A stretch of DNA of 64,000 bases from Octopus vulgaris (GCA_951406725.2 OX597830.1:37572001-37636000); one strand, 5' to 3'. Shown: positions 26,491 through 41,525, numbered from the stretch's first letter. Made by a program: numbers and translations. The notes: generated by a model not told the origin, from the letters alone.

Positions 26491-27269
26491 GATTTTCTTA
26501 ACATTTGTGTGGAATCTAGTTTGGCTGCCGATGTTTCTACTCTGCTGTGAAGCTGTTGTGCTTGATCTATTTTATAAATATCAACGGATTCATTGCTTCT
26601 ACCAAACCTCAGCAAATCAGAATTCACTGACGAGTCTTTCTGGTTAACTCTCCAAAGTAATACCTTTTTAATAGAACATAGTCTATCCAGCTACTAACAG
26701 TAAATGTGAAATCTACGTTAAATCACAATTCCCCATCACATAAAAATGGATGACATAGAGAACAATAAAATTCTATATATGCTATATCGGGAAATATAGA
26801 AAGATCATTCATATAATTGAGCCCAGATTAAACAATTTCTTTGGTTTTGCCTGTGTTTAGTCTATTCTACTTAATTTCTATAACAGAACAGTATTGAGGA
26901 GCCCACGACTTCTCTATATGTAAAATGCTTCAGAGTAAAGAGGTAAATGTCAGTCAGATGCGCCTTTGGTATTCAGAAAGTTACTACAGTTACATTATTA
27001 CAAATACTGGAGGGATACTCTCAATTGATACAGATCTCAACTGCAGAAACCTTACAACCATGTGACTACAATCATTCACTTATTACTAATCAGTTTAACA
27101 TAGAATTTATGAATATGAAGATAACACTAATATATGTTTGAACTTATTGAGACCAGTGATGAACTGAAATCTATATTATATTATATTATATTATACAACG
27201 TAAAGTTAATTAATTCAGACGAAGTAATTTGGAACAATGAGAAAGTGAAGAAGTGTTATAAAAAACATA

Positions 27270-27618
27270 ACGTTTAAGTGCATTTTCCCATCCCCGACAT
27301 CGTTATCAAGGACCAAAGAGAAAACAGAAACATGCCTGTCAATTGATATGACAGTAGAAGCATCTCAGGAAAAGAATTTGAAAAGTTGTTGAAATATAAC
27401 AACCTTGAGATTGAGATACCTAGGTCATGGCAATTAAAGGCCAAAACCATCTCTGTTGTTGTTATGTGCCTTAGAAATGACCAAGAAAGGTAGTGAAAAT
27501 CTTTTGACCAGATCCCTGGGAAACATTTTCAGGAGGTTTCTCACCATCTGATACATACTAGCCTTAGGTCTCTGGCTGAGTCCTGGTCGGAAGATAAACT
27601 AAGACCCGAATCAACCGG
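27270..27618 (+). mobile_element. Old R4/Dong-clade 3' fragment
   Basis: PDIVIKDQ..CLSIDM..KEFEKLLKYNNLEIEIPRSWQLKAKTISVVV, homologous to the 28353 and 29035 copies. Ends in (AAT)n. Confidence 0.75.
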
Positions 27619-27669
<51 letters not shown>

Positions 27670-27670
<1 letters not shown>

Positions 27671-28280
27671 GGCACAAGTCGGAAATTTTGGGGGAAGTGA
27701 CTAGTCGAACACATCGAGTGCAGTATTTCACTGGTACTTAATTTATTGACCCTGAAAGTGTGAAACACAAAGATGGAATTTGAATTCACAACTTAAGGGC
27801 GGACGAAATGCCACTTAGCGTGCTAAAGACTGTGCCAATTCGCCACTTTAATATTAATAGTCCTTTCTTCTGAAGGCAGAAGGCCTGATTTTTTTTGCGT
27901 GGGGGCGGTGTCGATTATATCGATCCCAGTACTTAACTGGTACTTACTTTATCGAATCCGAAAGGATGAAATGCAAAGTCGACCTCGGCGGAGCTTGAAC
28001 TCAGAATGTAAAGATGGACGAAATGCCGCTGCAACATTTTTCCCGACATGCTACTGATTCTTTTCAACGCAAAGCCCAAGGCCAGAAATTTTAGGGGAGG
28101 GGGGGAGGGCAGTCGATTATATGGACCCCAGTACGCAACTGGTACTTAATTTATCGACCAGGAAAGGATGAAAGGCAAAGTCGATCTCGGCGGAATTTGA
28201 ACTCAGAACGTAAAGACAAATGAAATACCGCAAAGCATTTCGCCTGGCACGCTAACGTTTCTGCCAGCTCGCCGCCTTAA
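27670..28280 (-). mobile_element. Three tandem SINE family B copies (about 27670-27848, 27860-28060, 28061-28280)
   Basis: Head AAGGCGGCGAGCTGGCAGAAACGTTAGC, B-box GAGTTCAAATTCC, and central GCCTTTCATCCTTTC..GGTCGATAAATTAAGTACCAG (resembles the conserved domain of Meta/Sauria-type SINEs, from recall). Confidence 0.85.
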
Positions 28281-28352
<72 letters not shown>

Positions 28353-28354
<2 letters not shown>

Positions 28355-28940
28355 TATTCACAGGTATAACAGAGTTGGAACCTACATACACTGGAAGCTA
28401 TGTAAACATTATGGAATAACAACAGAAAAAGGATGGTATAGGCACACACCAGAAAAGGTCACAGAAAACGAGAAAGCAACCATACTCTGGGATATGTCGA
28501 TACACACAGATAGAGAAATTAAGGCCAACAGACCAGATATAGTTGTCAGAGATCATGAAGAAAAAAATGCTTTCTAATTGATGTATCAATACCGGCAGAT
28601 GACAACGTGTCTCTAAAAGAAATGGAGAAACTCTCAAAATACAAAGACCTGGAAATAGAGGTAACTAGAATGTGGAACCTAAAAACAGAAACAATTCCTA
28701 TCATAGTAGGTGCATTAGGCATGATAAAAAAATATTCAGACAAATACATAACAAAAACACCAGGACTTACAAACACATATAACATACAGAAAATTGCACT
28801 ACTAGGCACTGCACACATCCTACGCAGAACACTTTCCATACAATAACCATTAGAGCATCACAACAAATCACAGCACATACCCAAGGCACACAGAGCTGCG
28901 CTCGGTAGTGTAGTGAAATCACACTATAAAAATAAAACTA

Positions 28941-28943
<3 letters not shown>
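28353..28943 (+). mobile_element. R4/Dong-clade retrotransposon 3' fragment (RLE domain + 3'UTR), young
   Basis: HRYNRVGTYIHWKLCKHYG...ILWDMSIHTDREIKANRPDIVVRD(frameshift)CFLIDVSIP...EKLSKYKDLEIEVTRMW...PIIVGALG...QKIALLGTAHILRRTL*. (AAT)n on both sides. Confidence 0.92.
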
Positions 28944-29034
<91 letters not shown>

Positions 29035-29036
<2 letters not shown>

Positions 29037-29480
29037 GTTTGCTTATTGATCGACATGAGTATCCCCTGTGATCATAATATCTCAGCGAAAGAGTTTGACA
29101 AGCTCAGAAAATATAAAGACCTACTCATTGAAATTGAGAAAATGTGGCATCTCAAGGCGGTTACAATACCAGTGATCGTAGGAGCACTAGGAATGATCAA
29201 GAAGGGAACCGAAAATTATATGAGAATGATCCCTGGCTTACCATCCCTGCAAGAAGTGCAAAAGATTGTCTTAACTGGTACATCACACGTATTGAGAAGA
29301 GCATTGTCGATGTGAGAACTGTTGCTGCTCAAGTATTTTTAATTTAATTTAAAAAAAAAAAAATGAACGAACTACTGAGTTTGGTTTAATGGCCTACCAA
29401 TGTATACTATGAGTTTCTTTGCCCTAGGAGACGGGAAGACACTCGGCAAGAAATGGAAGCAAATTTGAAAGAAGAAAAAA

Positions 29481-29481
<1 letters not shown>
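29035..29481 (+). mobile_element. R4/Dong-clade 3' fragment, different family
   Basis: VCLLIDMSIPCDHN...DKLRKYKDLLIEIEKMW...PVIVGALG...QKIVLTGTSHVLRRAL*. The 3'UTR is unrelated to the 28353 copy; (AAT)n on both sides. Confidence 0.92.
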
Positions 29482-29520
<39 letters not shown>

Positions 29521-30892
29521 TTAATAATAATAATAATAACAACGATTACAACAACACTACTTTAGACACACCGTATAACATTTTGAGGGAAGGGAGTAAT
29601 CGATTACAGGAAGGCTGGGTTAAGCGATTACACCGATCCCTGTATTTACCTAATTCTTAATTCAGTTACCTAATACTTATTTCAGCTAAATGATGAAAAA
29701 CTTTGGATGTCGATAACTATTTTGCCCAAGGTACTAATGATTCACCCACCATGTCGTCTTATGTAGTGGTAATAATATAACATATATAGAACTATCCTTT
29801 CTCTTCTTTGTATATATATATAAGTGCGTTTCTGTTTGACAGCACGAGTATTTGTGTGCGTGTGTGTGTTTAAGTCTGTACATGAATGTGTGACAGTTGA
29901 TACGTGTGTGCACGCGAGTGTGTATGTGTATAAGTATGCGTTTATGTCTGTGTGTGTGAGATTGAGAGGGAGAGAAAGAGAGAGAGAGAGAGGGAGAGAG
30001 TGTATGAAAATAAACAGTGAGACAAAGACGGAAATGACAAATGACCAAATAGCTACGATACAAATCTATTACATATATCACTTCATCCACAACATTCTAT
30101 CATACAGATAGTTTCAGCTATCAGTTAAATATCTCATCTTAACTTCTTATATAATGACATGCGACAGTATAATCCAACGTCAAATAGTTAGCGTAGCCTA
30201 TGTTTGAATTCTTTTGATGATAGATATGTTATTAAAGATTTGACCGAGGGCTAATCAACAACAAAATTGACCTATACTAGTCTGAACAATATACAGATTC
30301 ACCGATTGCTAAAAGAAGTTTTACTTCCATAACTTTGCTTATAATTCTCATGTATAATACATCTGGAACCATGTTGAGTAATAAATCAATATAATCGAAC
30401 AAAATTGAAAGGCAATAAAATATTACAGCTGATAAACGTATTTTAAATGGATTTTAGCTGAGAAGGGAACATAAAAATACATCAAAGAAGGCATAGATGC
30501 CTGATTTGCTGAATCAGATTAATAAATATATATCTTGGAACTTTCAAATTTTGATATCACAACCATTAAAACATATTGATCAAAGCGTCAGATGTTAGCC
30601 AATTACCACATAATACAACTGAACTGACAAGAGGAAAGAAGAAAAGCCTAATTAGGAGAAAATAGCTGCTTAATACGGGTATATTGTTACGTACGCCGCA
30701 GAAAACATTCTGCAGTTAAATAACAGTTTCTTATTAAATTTGAATATGGAAATTTTAGAAAGTTTCCAGGTGAACAGAATAAAATATATAACTCATACAC
30801 ACGATCACACAAAGACAGACGAACATACATTAGCGTGTATGTTTGTGTGTATAAACTGTAGACATGTAGATAGATAGATAGATAGACAAATA

Positions 30893-30958
<66 letters not shown>

Positions 30959-32269
30959 TGGGTGGATAGATTGATAGACGCATAACCACGTAAATACATA
31001 GAAGCATGCATACATACATGCATACATAGAGGAAAATTAGTCAGATTGTAACCTTAAGTACTTATTGCTATCATATTGGGATATAATATAATCCAGCTGT
31101 AATATGATTCGCTCTACCATAAAGTAAGTCGACATCATTCCTAATACCTTCACGCATTCGCTATGAATATATTTCACATCATTTACTTAGGAAATAGAAA
31201 AGCAAGTATGAATGACTGATAAAATTTCGACAGTTAATATTCAGCTATTATCGAAGTAATATATATCCAGATACAAGGTCTTGGCAATACTAACGTCCAC
31301 GTAGACCTAAGTTACTGACCAAGAATCAGCTGCTGTGTGTTGGCACCTTACGAATTAATTCTTGTTTAGAATATCAGATTGCCATAATCTGTCTTCAGTG
31401 ACACATCAACTAAGGTAAATTTTGTCACTTTATAAATGTCTATCTTTGGTACAAATTCAGTTCTATAACATCATAATTATCAGTAAAGAAAAGTACAAAC
31501 TTTAGCAGCAGTATTAAAGTCAACGACAGATTTGGGCATGGCTGGGTGACTGTCGTTAAGCTCATTTTGCAAGTAGGTGATTTTGAGTTCAATCTTGTTG
31601 CGCGACACATAGAATAATTCTGTTTTCCTAGTGGCCTTGGAATGACCAAATCGTTGGAAGTGAAATTTCGTCAGCTGGAAACCGGGTATAAGTACTATTG
31701 GGGATAATTTTGTAATTTTGAGTGACAAACGCAATCCGCGTTCCGGTTGACCTCGTACCCTGGTCTTTCTATAAATTTAGCGTGGTCCTCCAAATTTCCA
31801 AACGTTCAGACTGTATCCCTGATGTAAGGGATACATTCGCACCAATCACGGATTCCATGAAAGTTGTTATAACTGTCTCGGAATTTCCATGACTAAACTA
31901 TGAAACCAAAAAGAAAAACAAAGCAAAAAAGAAATGCAACAGCAACAACAACAACAGATGCAAAGAGACGAGCAAATTATGGAACTGCTGTGAGGGACTT
32001 CAGTTTACTAGGAATTGCGCCCAAATAGGCATCGAATAACAACTTGCAAACCTCTCTAAAAGAAGTCAGATAATTGCAACCTTATTCATATCCATCCTGT
32101 GATCGCCTCTTGTTATGGAATATGTATTATAAGTTACTTATATAAAACCTGGATACAAATAACTGCTTTACCAATGAATAAGGAAATATCTTTTCTCCTG
32201 AGTTTGCTCACTAGAAATTCAATTCAATTATATATCACGATGCAAGTATAAGAGTATGTGTGGCTTGCG

Positions 32270-32381
<112 letters not shown>

Positions 32382-32409
32382 ATGTGTGTGAATATGTATA
32401 TACATAAAT

Positions 32410-33186
32410 GCATAAATGGGTACAAAACGTCAACAACGGTTGAAACAATATGAAATACGTAAAAAAACGAGAAAAAATGGAGAACAGAAGAAGAAAGCAC
32501 ATTTGCCGGCTGGCTATCTACTCTTCATTTCGAGCATTCAACGACAATATAAGTCTTTAAAGACAGTTGCTTCCATAAATTCTAAAATAAAATTTAAGAT
32601 TTTTGGAAGGTCAAAGTTGAGAGCAGAAGCATGGCAGTAGAAACATACAAGGGACCGAAAGAAAACAAACATGGAGGGTCGTTAGACCAGAAGGAGATGA
32701 TGATAGTGTACGCTGCGAGAAACATTTTTTGAAAAGAGAAGAGATAGAAGGGCGGGTCTATCTTTCTTTTTCTCACGTGACCATCTTTCTCTTCCTGTAC
32801 GGACGTTCAAAAGGGCGGACAATTTTTTTCTCTCTCTTTTATCCTGTCTCATTAAAAAAAAAATGTTTCTCACAGCGTATACTATTTGTGTTTGTTTTCG
32901 TTGGCTTTCCTTATAAGTCTCCACTGTCATGTTTTTGTTGCCAACTGTGAGACCATCCATAAATCCTAAATTTTGTCTTAGAATTTATGGGAGGGACTGT
33001 CTTGAAGACCATCTTGAAGACTCATATTGTCATTGAATGTTCGAAATCAGGAGTAGATAGACAGCCGGAAACTGATGAATGGTCCTTTCTCTGTCATGAT
33101 CGATCCTTTCTCCTGTTCTCCATTTTTCTCGTTGTTTACGTATTTCATGTTTGAACCGTGGGTGACGTCCTGTACTCATATATGCA
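32410..33186. repeat. Two diverged copies of a ~350-400 bp element in inverted orientation
   Basis: 32410-32750 aligns to the reverse complement of about 32820-33186 (e.g. GAAATACGTAAA..ACGAGAAAAA.TGGAGAACAG, CTATCTACTC, CCATAAATTCTAA, GAGAAACATTTTTT). Both outer ends abut (TA)/(CA)n. Confidence 0.85.
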
Positions 33187-33223
33187 TGTATATATACTAT
33201 ATATACATACTATATATTATTTG

Positions 33224-33271
<48 letters not shown>

Positions 33272-33949
33272 GTATGTGTATATATATATATATATATATG
33301 TATGTGTATATATATATATGCATGTATATATATAATATATATATATAGATATACATGTGTGTGTGTCTGCATGTGTTGGTGTGCAGTGAATATGCTTGTA
33401 TGCATTTACCTTCTCGATGTGCAATGATATTTATATATATACATTAACCATACACAGGTTATGCAACATTTTTACGGGTGCCAATAGTTACGCAATGTAC
33501 ATTAAGGTAATATGATTTTCGTGGGGTATTTCGCTTACTTTAATATTGGAAAAAAATTAATTCACATGCTTCAGGTTGGTATTTCTTTAACTCTCAAAAA
33601 TTCTAGAAGTAAACTAAAAATGTATTATATATGTAGGTGTTTGCGCGAGCACACACAGACAAACAAACACGCACACACAGCATTCTCTTGCTTGTGTGAC
33701 TGAAGACGTTTGGATTTCAATATAATCGCTTGTAAGGATATTTCATTTTGGTTTCCCGGAGTGATGGTTTATAATAAATACAATATGAGACATTTGCAGG
33801 TTTTGAGTTATTCAAACAGGAAATACATTGCTTAATTTCTGCTCCTTGAGGAGGAAATTTTGTTTAGGAAGAGGAGTTGCTTTCAAAGAGATAAAATCTC
33901 TCTCTTTTAGTTTTAAATAAATATGTTATTTGGATATTACTAAAGAGGA

Positions 33950-34002
<53 letters not shown>

Positions 34003-34375
34003 AAAAAATACATACCCTTGGGAAAACTATTAATAAAATAGAAAGAATTGCAATCTATATGAAATTGTTTACCTAAATGCACATTTGTTTTATAACATGA
34101 CGCTGTTTATGTAAATTTTGTGTTTTAAGCAATCATACCGAGACAGACTGGCTAATATGAAACAGCAACATTTTCTCGTGATAGTCGCATACAAATATTT
34201 ATTTAAAAAAAAATATCATTAAATTTATTTACATATACGCGTATCAACACTTGCAGTCATGGATAGCTACAAGCATATATATATTGACGCATGTTTATCA
34301 TATAATGTACATATATCTATATGTATATATACGTCGATTTGTACATATGTATGTATATATTATATATATCTATAA

Positions 34376-34414
<39 letters not shown>

Positions 34415-35102
34415 CATGTATATATGTATGTGTGTGTGTGTGTGTGTACATATACATATGTTTGTGTACATATATATATATATATGTATATAGATGTACA
34501 TGCGAACATTTTTTTAGATTAATATTAAAATTCATCAAGAAATAAAGACTAGAGTTTACAAACAATACAAACTTAAATCGTTCAAACGTAAGCAATTCTT
34601 ACAAGACAAAAGTTAATCAGCATAAAATTCAATATAACATGTTTGCTAATAAAAACTACGAGTGATAATATTGCTAAGAAAGTTAAAAAACAACAACATC
34701 GGCATGAAAGATGAATACAAACAGAAGGTTGTTTACATATACGTTCACATGTGTTTAGGTTTGTATGTAAAATTTTTCGCGTAGGTTAATAACGCTGATG
34801 TAACATTTATTGGGTTGTTAGCTCAAAATTTTGTAGTGTTTTGTTTCTTTCATGTAAAGTTTTACTGTTCTTGTAGTTACTGTTTTAGTTTAGTCCTACG
34901 TCAGCGATGATTGCAGAGTTATGAGTAAAATCGTATCATCTAACAATATAGTTTTTTTCTTTAACACATCGCGTATTAATTTATTACTTTTAAGATACTG
35001 CGGACATTTTTTCCTCTTCTTTTTTCTGAATTCATATTCGATCGGGTTCATACTGACCTGTCATTGTTCCGTGGTGAGGAAAGTATGAAGCAGGCATATC
35101 CT

Positions 35103-35404
35103 AAAAGGGTAAAGCCTCCCTTTGGTCAAGAACGACCATGGGATAGCGCCTAGAAAGTTCCCCTGTGAGGCACAAGTCGCCCATGCATACCCGCCTTTCC
35201 TCTCCACGCCATCGATGTTATCAAAGAGAAATGCAAATGCCAGTACAGTTTGACACCATTTCTACAGCTGAGTGAACTGGAGAAACGTGAAATAATATAT
35301 CGTGAAATAATATATAACACAACATACGGCCCAGTTCGAAAACCGAACTCACTACGTCATGACTGTGAGCCCGTCACTCTAACCACTGAACTATACGCCT
35401 TCAC
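35103..35404 (-). mobile_element. tRNA-derived SINE family C
   Basis: Colinear with 59283-59627. Head GTGAAGGCGTATAGTTCAGTGGTTAGAG, tail ...GGAGGCTTTACCCTTT. Confidence 0.8.
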
Positions 35405-35665
35405 CATGAACATAGCAGATATATCCTAGGAACAATATAATACATATAATATAATATCGTGAAATAATATAATACATATAATATAATATCGTGAAATAAT
35501 ATAATACATATAATATGGTATCATGAAATAATATATGACACAACATACTGCCCGATTCGGAAACCGAACTCACTACGTCATGACTGTGAGTCTGTCACTC
35601 TAACCACTGAACCATGCGCCTTCACCGCGAACGTAGCAGATACATCCTAGGAACAATATAATACA
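35320..35665. repeat. Tandem duplication of a SINE C head plus flank, separated by an ATATCGTGAAATAAT minisatellite
   Basis: About 35320-35442 is repeated at about 35539-35664, including the non-SINE flank AGCAGATA.ATCCTAGGAACAATATAATAC. Confidence 0.85.
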
Positions 35666-36206
35666 CTACACTACATTCTTTTATATCAGAAACTGTATGA
35701 TGGAACTCTATAAATACATATTATTTAAACTGCGATTGACATCATACATGATTCAGCTTAATTTGAAAGAAAATGCTAGACGCATTGCAGGTTTAATGTT
35801 CCAGCTACTTGCTATTTTTTCCAAGACCTTAAGTAATGAACGTATGAAACAGTTTTTGACATTTAACTGGCTTTCTATAAGTAAATACAAGTTAATAATT
35901 CATCTTGCCAATTCTCACTGATATACGATAACTGCAGAGTACCAATTTCTGCCTATCAAATTTCTATCACAAAACAAGAGTAGATCCAAGAATATTGAAG
36001 TTAACAGTTATCAAAATTGGCAAGCGGTGTGATCGGAACTCGGGAATCGTGTTTCCGAAGCGAATTACATCAGCATTTTTCGGCCGTATAGTTTCCCATC
36101 TCTGAATCTACGTATAGCGATTATCATACACAAAGACACACACATATATAGATATATTCATACATATATATCTATATATCTATATATATATTTATTTCAT
36201 TTTGGC

Positions 36207-36382
<176 letters not shown>

Positions 36383-36789
36383 ATAGGCCTATACGTAACA
36401 TGTTTCGTTAGGTCTTTGAAAACATATCCTTGGGTTTTTAAATATGAATGCCATCTGTGATTTGATATGTCACTTCTAGATGTTATACAGTTTAATATTC
36501 TTTTGTTAATGAAATATTTGTTATCGCTCTAGGCTATCAGCACTTTTATTAATACATTCGTGCAATATATACAGGCATATTACGCTTATGTGTACATCAC
36601 ATTTGACACATGCATGTGAATAGACTTTTGATATGCGGAAAATATGCAATTCTCAGAAAGGGTTCCTTCCAAAATATCATTTTCAAAGAAATCATTTGAT
36701 ATTCGGTAAAATATATTGCCTTAATTTCTAAGTGACAGTGGAGCAGTTCTTCTTGTACTTTTATTTTATTATGCTGATATATATATATT

Positions 36790-36834
36790 AATGATGATGA
36801 CGACGACGATGATGATGATGATGATGATGATGAC

Positions 36835-36870
<36 letters not shown>

Positions 36871-37020
36871 AACGACGACGTCGTCGATGAAGATGGTAAT
36901 GATGATGTTGATGATAATTACGATGATGATGATGATGATGATGGTGATGATGACGATGATGATGATGATGATCATGATCATGATCATGATGACAACGACG
37001 ACTACGAAAAGGATGACGAT
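36790..37020. repeat. Compound (GAT/GAC)n microsatellite
   Basis: Directly visible in the sequence. Confidence 0.95.
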
Positions 37021-37728
37021 TCAAGATAATAAAAATTTCTATGACGAAACTGGATGTTGCTGCAGGCGTAATATAGCTGATGCAAGCTCACCTCTTTATT
37101 GATTCAAATTTTAGCAGTGAAATGATACCCAGCGCTTTGCAGTCATTGATCTCTCTTCGGTTCTTGATTTGTTTAATAAAATCCAATCTCTCCGATTTAG
37201 CCACACCCACATACCAACTTAATATCTCGATCTGACTATTAGTGTTAATATTATTAATGCAAAAGTTATTTACAAACTAATTACAAATAATTATGCAATG
37301 AAGAAATACAAATATTAAACAAGCTATCATGTTATTAGTCCGGTCATATTTACCCCTTCTCAGCCATTATCGAGTAATTGAAGTGTTGATGAGAGTATCG
37401 ATAATTAAAAGTACAATTTAGAAACAACGGTTTCACATTCTTATGATCCAAAATCCTATGGTGTGTAATTTACGAAGGCATTTAGGATTCGTTTGCTTTT
37501 TTGATATTTGATCCCAAACAATTTGCACACTAGCTGGTACATATAGTCACTGAATAATTTACGAAGGATTTTCTGTACTTTGAAAATATCCAAACGGAGG
37601 TTCGGATACTGTCTGTATGAATTAGTGTAAATCTGCAACAGAACTAATCATTTTCATTTTTGCACCCCAAGTTTTAGGGAAGTCGAGTTGCAACCACCAC
37701 ACACACACAATATATATACATACATACA

Positions 37729-37789
<61 letters not shown>

Positions 37790-38281
37790 ATGTGTATGTA
37801 TATATGTGTACGTGTATGAGTGTTTATATATATACATGTATACACACATACACTCACATGTGTGTGTGTGTGTGTGTGTATTTTAGGTACTAGCATTTCA
37901 TACTAAAACTTAGGAAGCTCCATTAGCCAGGTATTTATTTTAAATGTAAATATAAAAGGTTAACATAAGCAGAAAGTTCTTAATTGGCGCCATGCAAATG
38001 CACTATTAGCATTTTTAGGCACTGCCAGAGTTTGTTTATGAACACAATGGAACGGAACTAAAATACAGAAACCTAGAAAATTACTGTTTCTGATATCTTG
38101 ATGTGTGTAGTTTCGATGCCGTCGGTTGAAATCAGATAGCAATACGCTAAACAAACATTAAATTTTAGGATATAATAAATTAAAATATGCACGATATAAC
38201 ATTAATTGCAATTACGTCATATTGAAACAAACATGAGTCTGTTTCTTTTTTTTGAAGAGTTGAAATGTAGAACAGTATAGG

Positions 38282-38818
<537 letters not shown>

Positions 38819-39666
38819 TATATGAAGGATAATATATGCCGGCAAACTTTTCTGCTCCTAAAAGGATTTTATTTTTTATATATTCTGTTCAATATTTACG
38901 AGTTGAAAAAAACTATCGTTCTACTTGTTCTATTAATTGAAATATAGAAGATGAAATACACAATACTACAGTTGCTGTCAATGTGAATTTAAATATCAAA
39001 TACATGAATGGTTTTGGTATCAGCTCAAAACTTTGAACTGTCCTACTCTACAGTCTCTCTTTTGTATTGCTTTCTATCACTATGTTACTAATACGAAATC
39101 CATCGTAATCAAAGAATATTCCCCCCATTCATTTTCTCTATTCTACATTCATGATGATGACAGTTTCTTCGTGTCGAAAAATCATGATGAGTGGCATGCC
39201 CTCAAGTGCCTATGTAAACTGCTCCTTAGCATTGCATTGTCCCTCTCCTTGTCTGCGCTTAGTAGTTTTAATTCAAGTATCATCCACGCAGTCTGATACC
39301 ACACTTTAGACTTAAAAATCTCTGACCCCAGTGGTTCAGAGGACTGAGACAATTGCAGGGAACCGTAAATTGCGAGTGTGATAATGGAGTGGCCTTTTGC
39401 TAAGCGAATTGCGTTACAAAGCTGGAGAGCTCCACCTACCCAGGAGTTTCTAAAGGGCTCTCAAAGAGGGTTCATTTTATAACCGTATAAGTGGTCACTT
39501 CGTTGCCTCCATCAAATTTTTTGCTGATGTCGGACCACCCTACTTCTTTTTGAAAACGATATTTTGTAACCAGTACCTGAAGAGAGGGGAACTGTACATA
39601 TATTCAATGACTAAAACTTATATAACTTCTAGTGAAAACTCACCTACCCATTTTTCAACACTTATT

Positions 39667-39740
<74 letters not shown>

Positions 39741-39759
39741 CACATACATACACACACTG

Positions 39760-39802
<43 letters not shown>

Positions 39803-39803
<1 letters not shown>

Positions 39804-40097
39804 CTTTATATATAAAAGAGTTGTGTGTCTGTCTCCTACGATTTAGATTCCTAACTACTCCCACATTTTGCGGTGCAGTTTAACCAAAACCGGGTATCTT
39901 ATAGTCGTGATTTATATCGAGCCCTTCTGGGTATTAGCATGCGTCTACGATGAGTCTACGATTTAAAAAAAAAAATTACCATAATTTTTTTCCATTTTAA
40001 TGCATTGTTTTCGCTATTATATAAGGGAAGTAACTCTCTAAAATGCTTGTATAGTTATTTCCCTCACAAACCCGAGCAACGCCGGGCGATACTGCTA

Positions 40098-40098
<1 letters not shown>
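39803..40098 (+). mobile_element. Non-autonomous Helitron, complete
   Basis: A|TCTTTATATATAAAAG ... CCCGAGCAACGCCGGG-CGATACTG-CTAG|T, inserted in (TA)n. Homologous to 11818-12211. Confidence 0.9.
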
Positions 40099-40143
<45 letters not shown>

Positions 40144-40351
40144 CAAAAGACGCAGTGTATTTTCAGGCAGGAAAAACATATAGGAAAATTTATTGTTGAA
40201 AACGCACCTGAGTCTGTAAAACTTGTAATTGTTTCTAAACAAATATATTTACACACTTACCAAACTAGTTTCAACAATATTTTTTGTTTATCCAACAAGT
40301 GCAAGTTTTCTATATTCTGGTGCATTTTCAAATTTTCAACCACAGATTTTC

Positions 40352-40431
<80 letters not shown>

Positions 40432-40433
<2 letters not shown>

Positions 40434-40750
40434 TTATTCTTTTACTTGTTTCAGTCATCTGAAACTGCTAAATCTCGGGGACGTAAACAGAGGCACGTCA
40501 GTTGTCAAGCGGTCATAGTGGGGACAAACACAGACACAAAGGCGCGTGCATACACACACATAGAGGCAAATATGCACATACATATATACGACGGTCTTCT
40601 TTCAGTTTCCGTCTACCAAATCCACTCGCAAGGCTTTGGTCGGCCCGAGCCTATGCTAGAAAACGCCTGCTCAAATTGCCAGGCAGTGGCACTGAACCCA
40701 GGACCATGTAGTTCGGTAGCAAGTTTCTTACCACACAACTACGCTTACGC
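40432..40750 (-). mobile_element. SINE family A, internally deleted
   Basis: The tail TTTTACTTGTTTCAGTCAT joins directly to AACTGCTAA..GGGGACGTAAAC. The head ends at CCACACAACTACGC. Confidence 0.8.
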
Positions 40751-40781
<31 letters not shown>

Positions 40782-40889
40782 TGTATGTATGTATGTATGT
40801 ATGTATGTATGTATGTATGTATGTATATATATATATACATACATACGTATACAAACATACACATAGATACATACATAGATGCATAAAAA

Positions 40890-40926
<37 letters not shown>

Positions 40927-41127
40927 CGTGTCTGCGTTTGTGTGTGTGTGTTATATTTGCATTTGCGTGTGTATGTATATGGACTGTTTGCGTTTTCCTC
41001 TCACAGGTTTAAATCAAGATATTGATCTAAAGTACCTGTCAACAGACACTCTCAGATAACGCCGGTGCAATTGGTGCGAACGCAAAATCACGCAGTTGTT
41101 AATTGATCTCCTTACTTAACCAGAAGG

Positions 41128-41169
<42 letters not shown>

Positions 41170-41309
41170 TCATGTATGTATACATGCATTCATACACACA
41201 TGTATACACTCATGCATACATAATCCATAATTCATACATATGTCCATACATACATCCTTTATGCTGCATAATAATATTTCCACTAGGTTTTAAATATTCA
41301 TAGAATGAA

Positions 41310-41525
41310 AGGCGGTGAACTGGCAGAAACGTTAACACCCCCCGGCGTAGTGCTTAGCGCTATTTCGTCTGTCTTTGCGTTCTGAGTTCAAATTCCGCCG
41401 AGGACAACTTTGCCTTTCATCCTTTTGGATTCGATAAATTAAATGCCAGTTGCATTCTGGTGTTGATCTAATTAACTGGCCCCCTCCTCCAAAATTTGGT
41501 CCTTGTGTCTAGACGAGAAAAGAAT
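41310..41525 (+). mobile_element. SINE family B
   Basis: AGGCGGTGAACTGGCAGAAACGTTA..GAGTTCAAATTCCGCCGAGG..GCCTTTCATCC..CCTTGTG. Confidence 0.85.

Noticed and set aside
27619-29540. CRISPR-like repeat/spacer alternation
   Set aside because: The repeats are (AAT)n microsatellites, the spacers are retroelement fragments, and the context is eukaryotic with no cas genes.
39570-39640. CCTGAAGAGAGG as a hammerhead half
   Set aside because: No matching stem II partner followed by GAAA.
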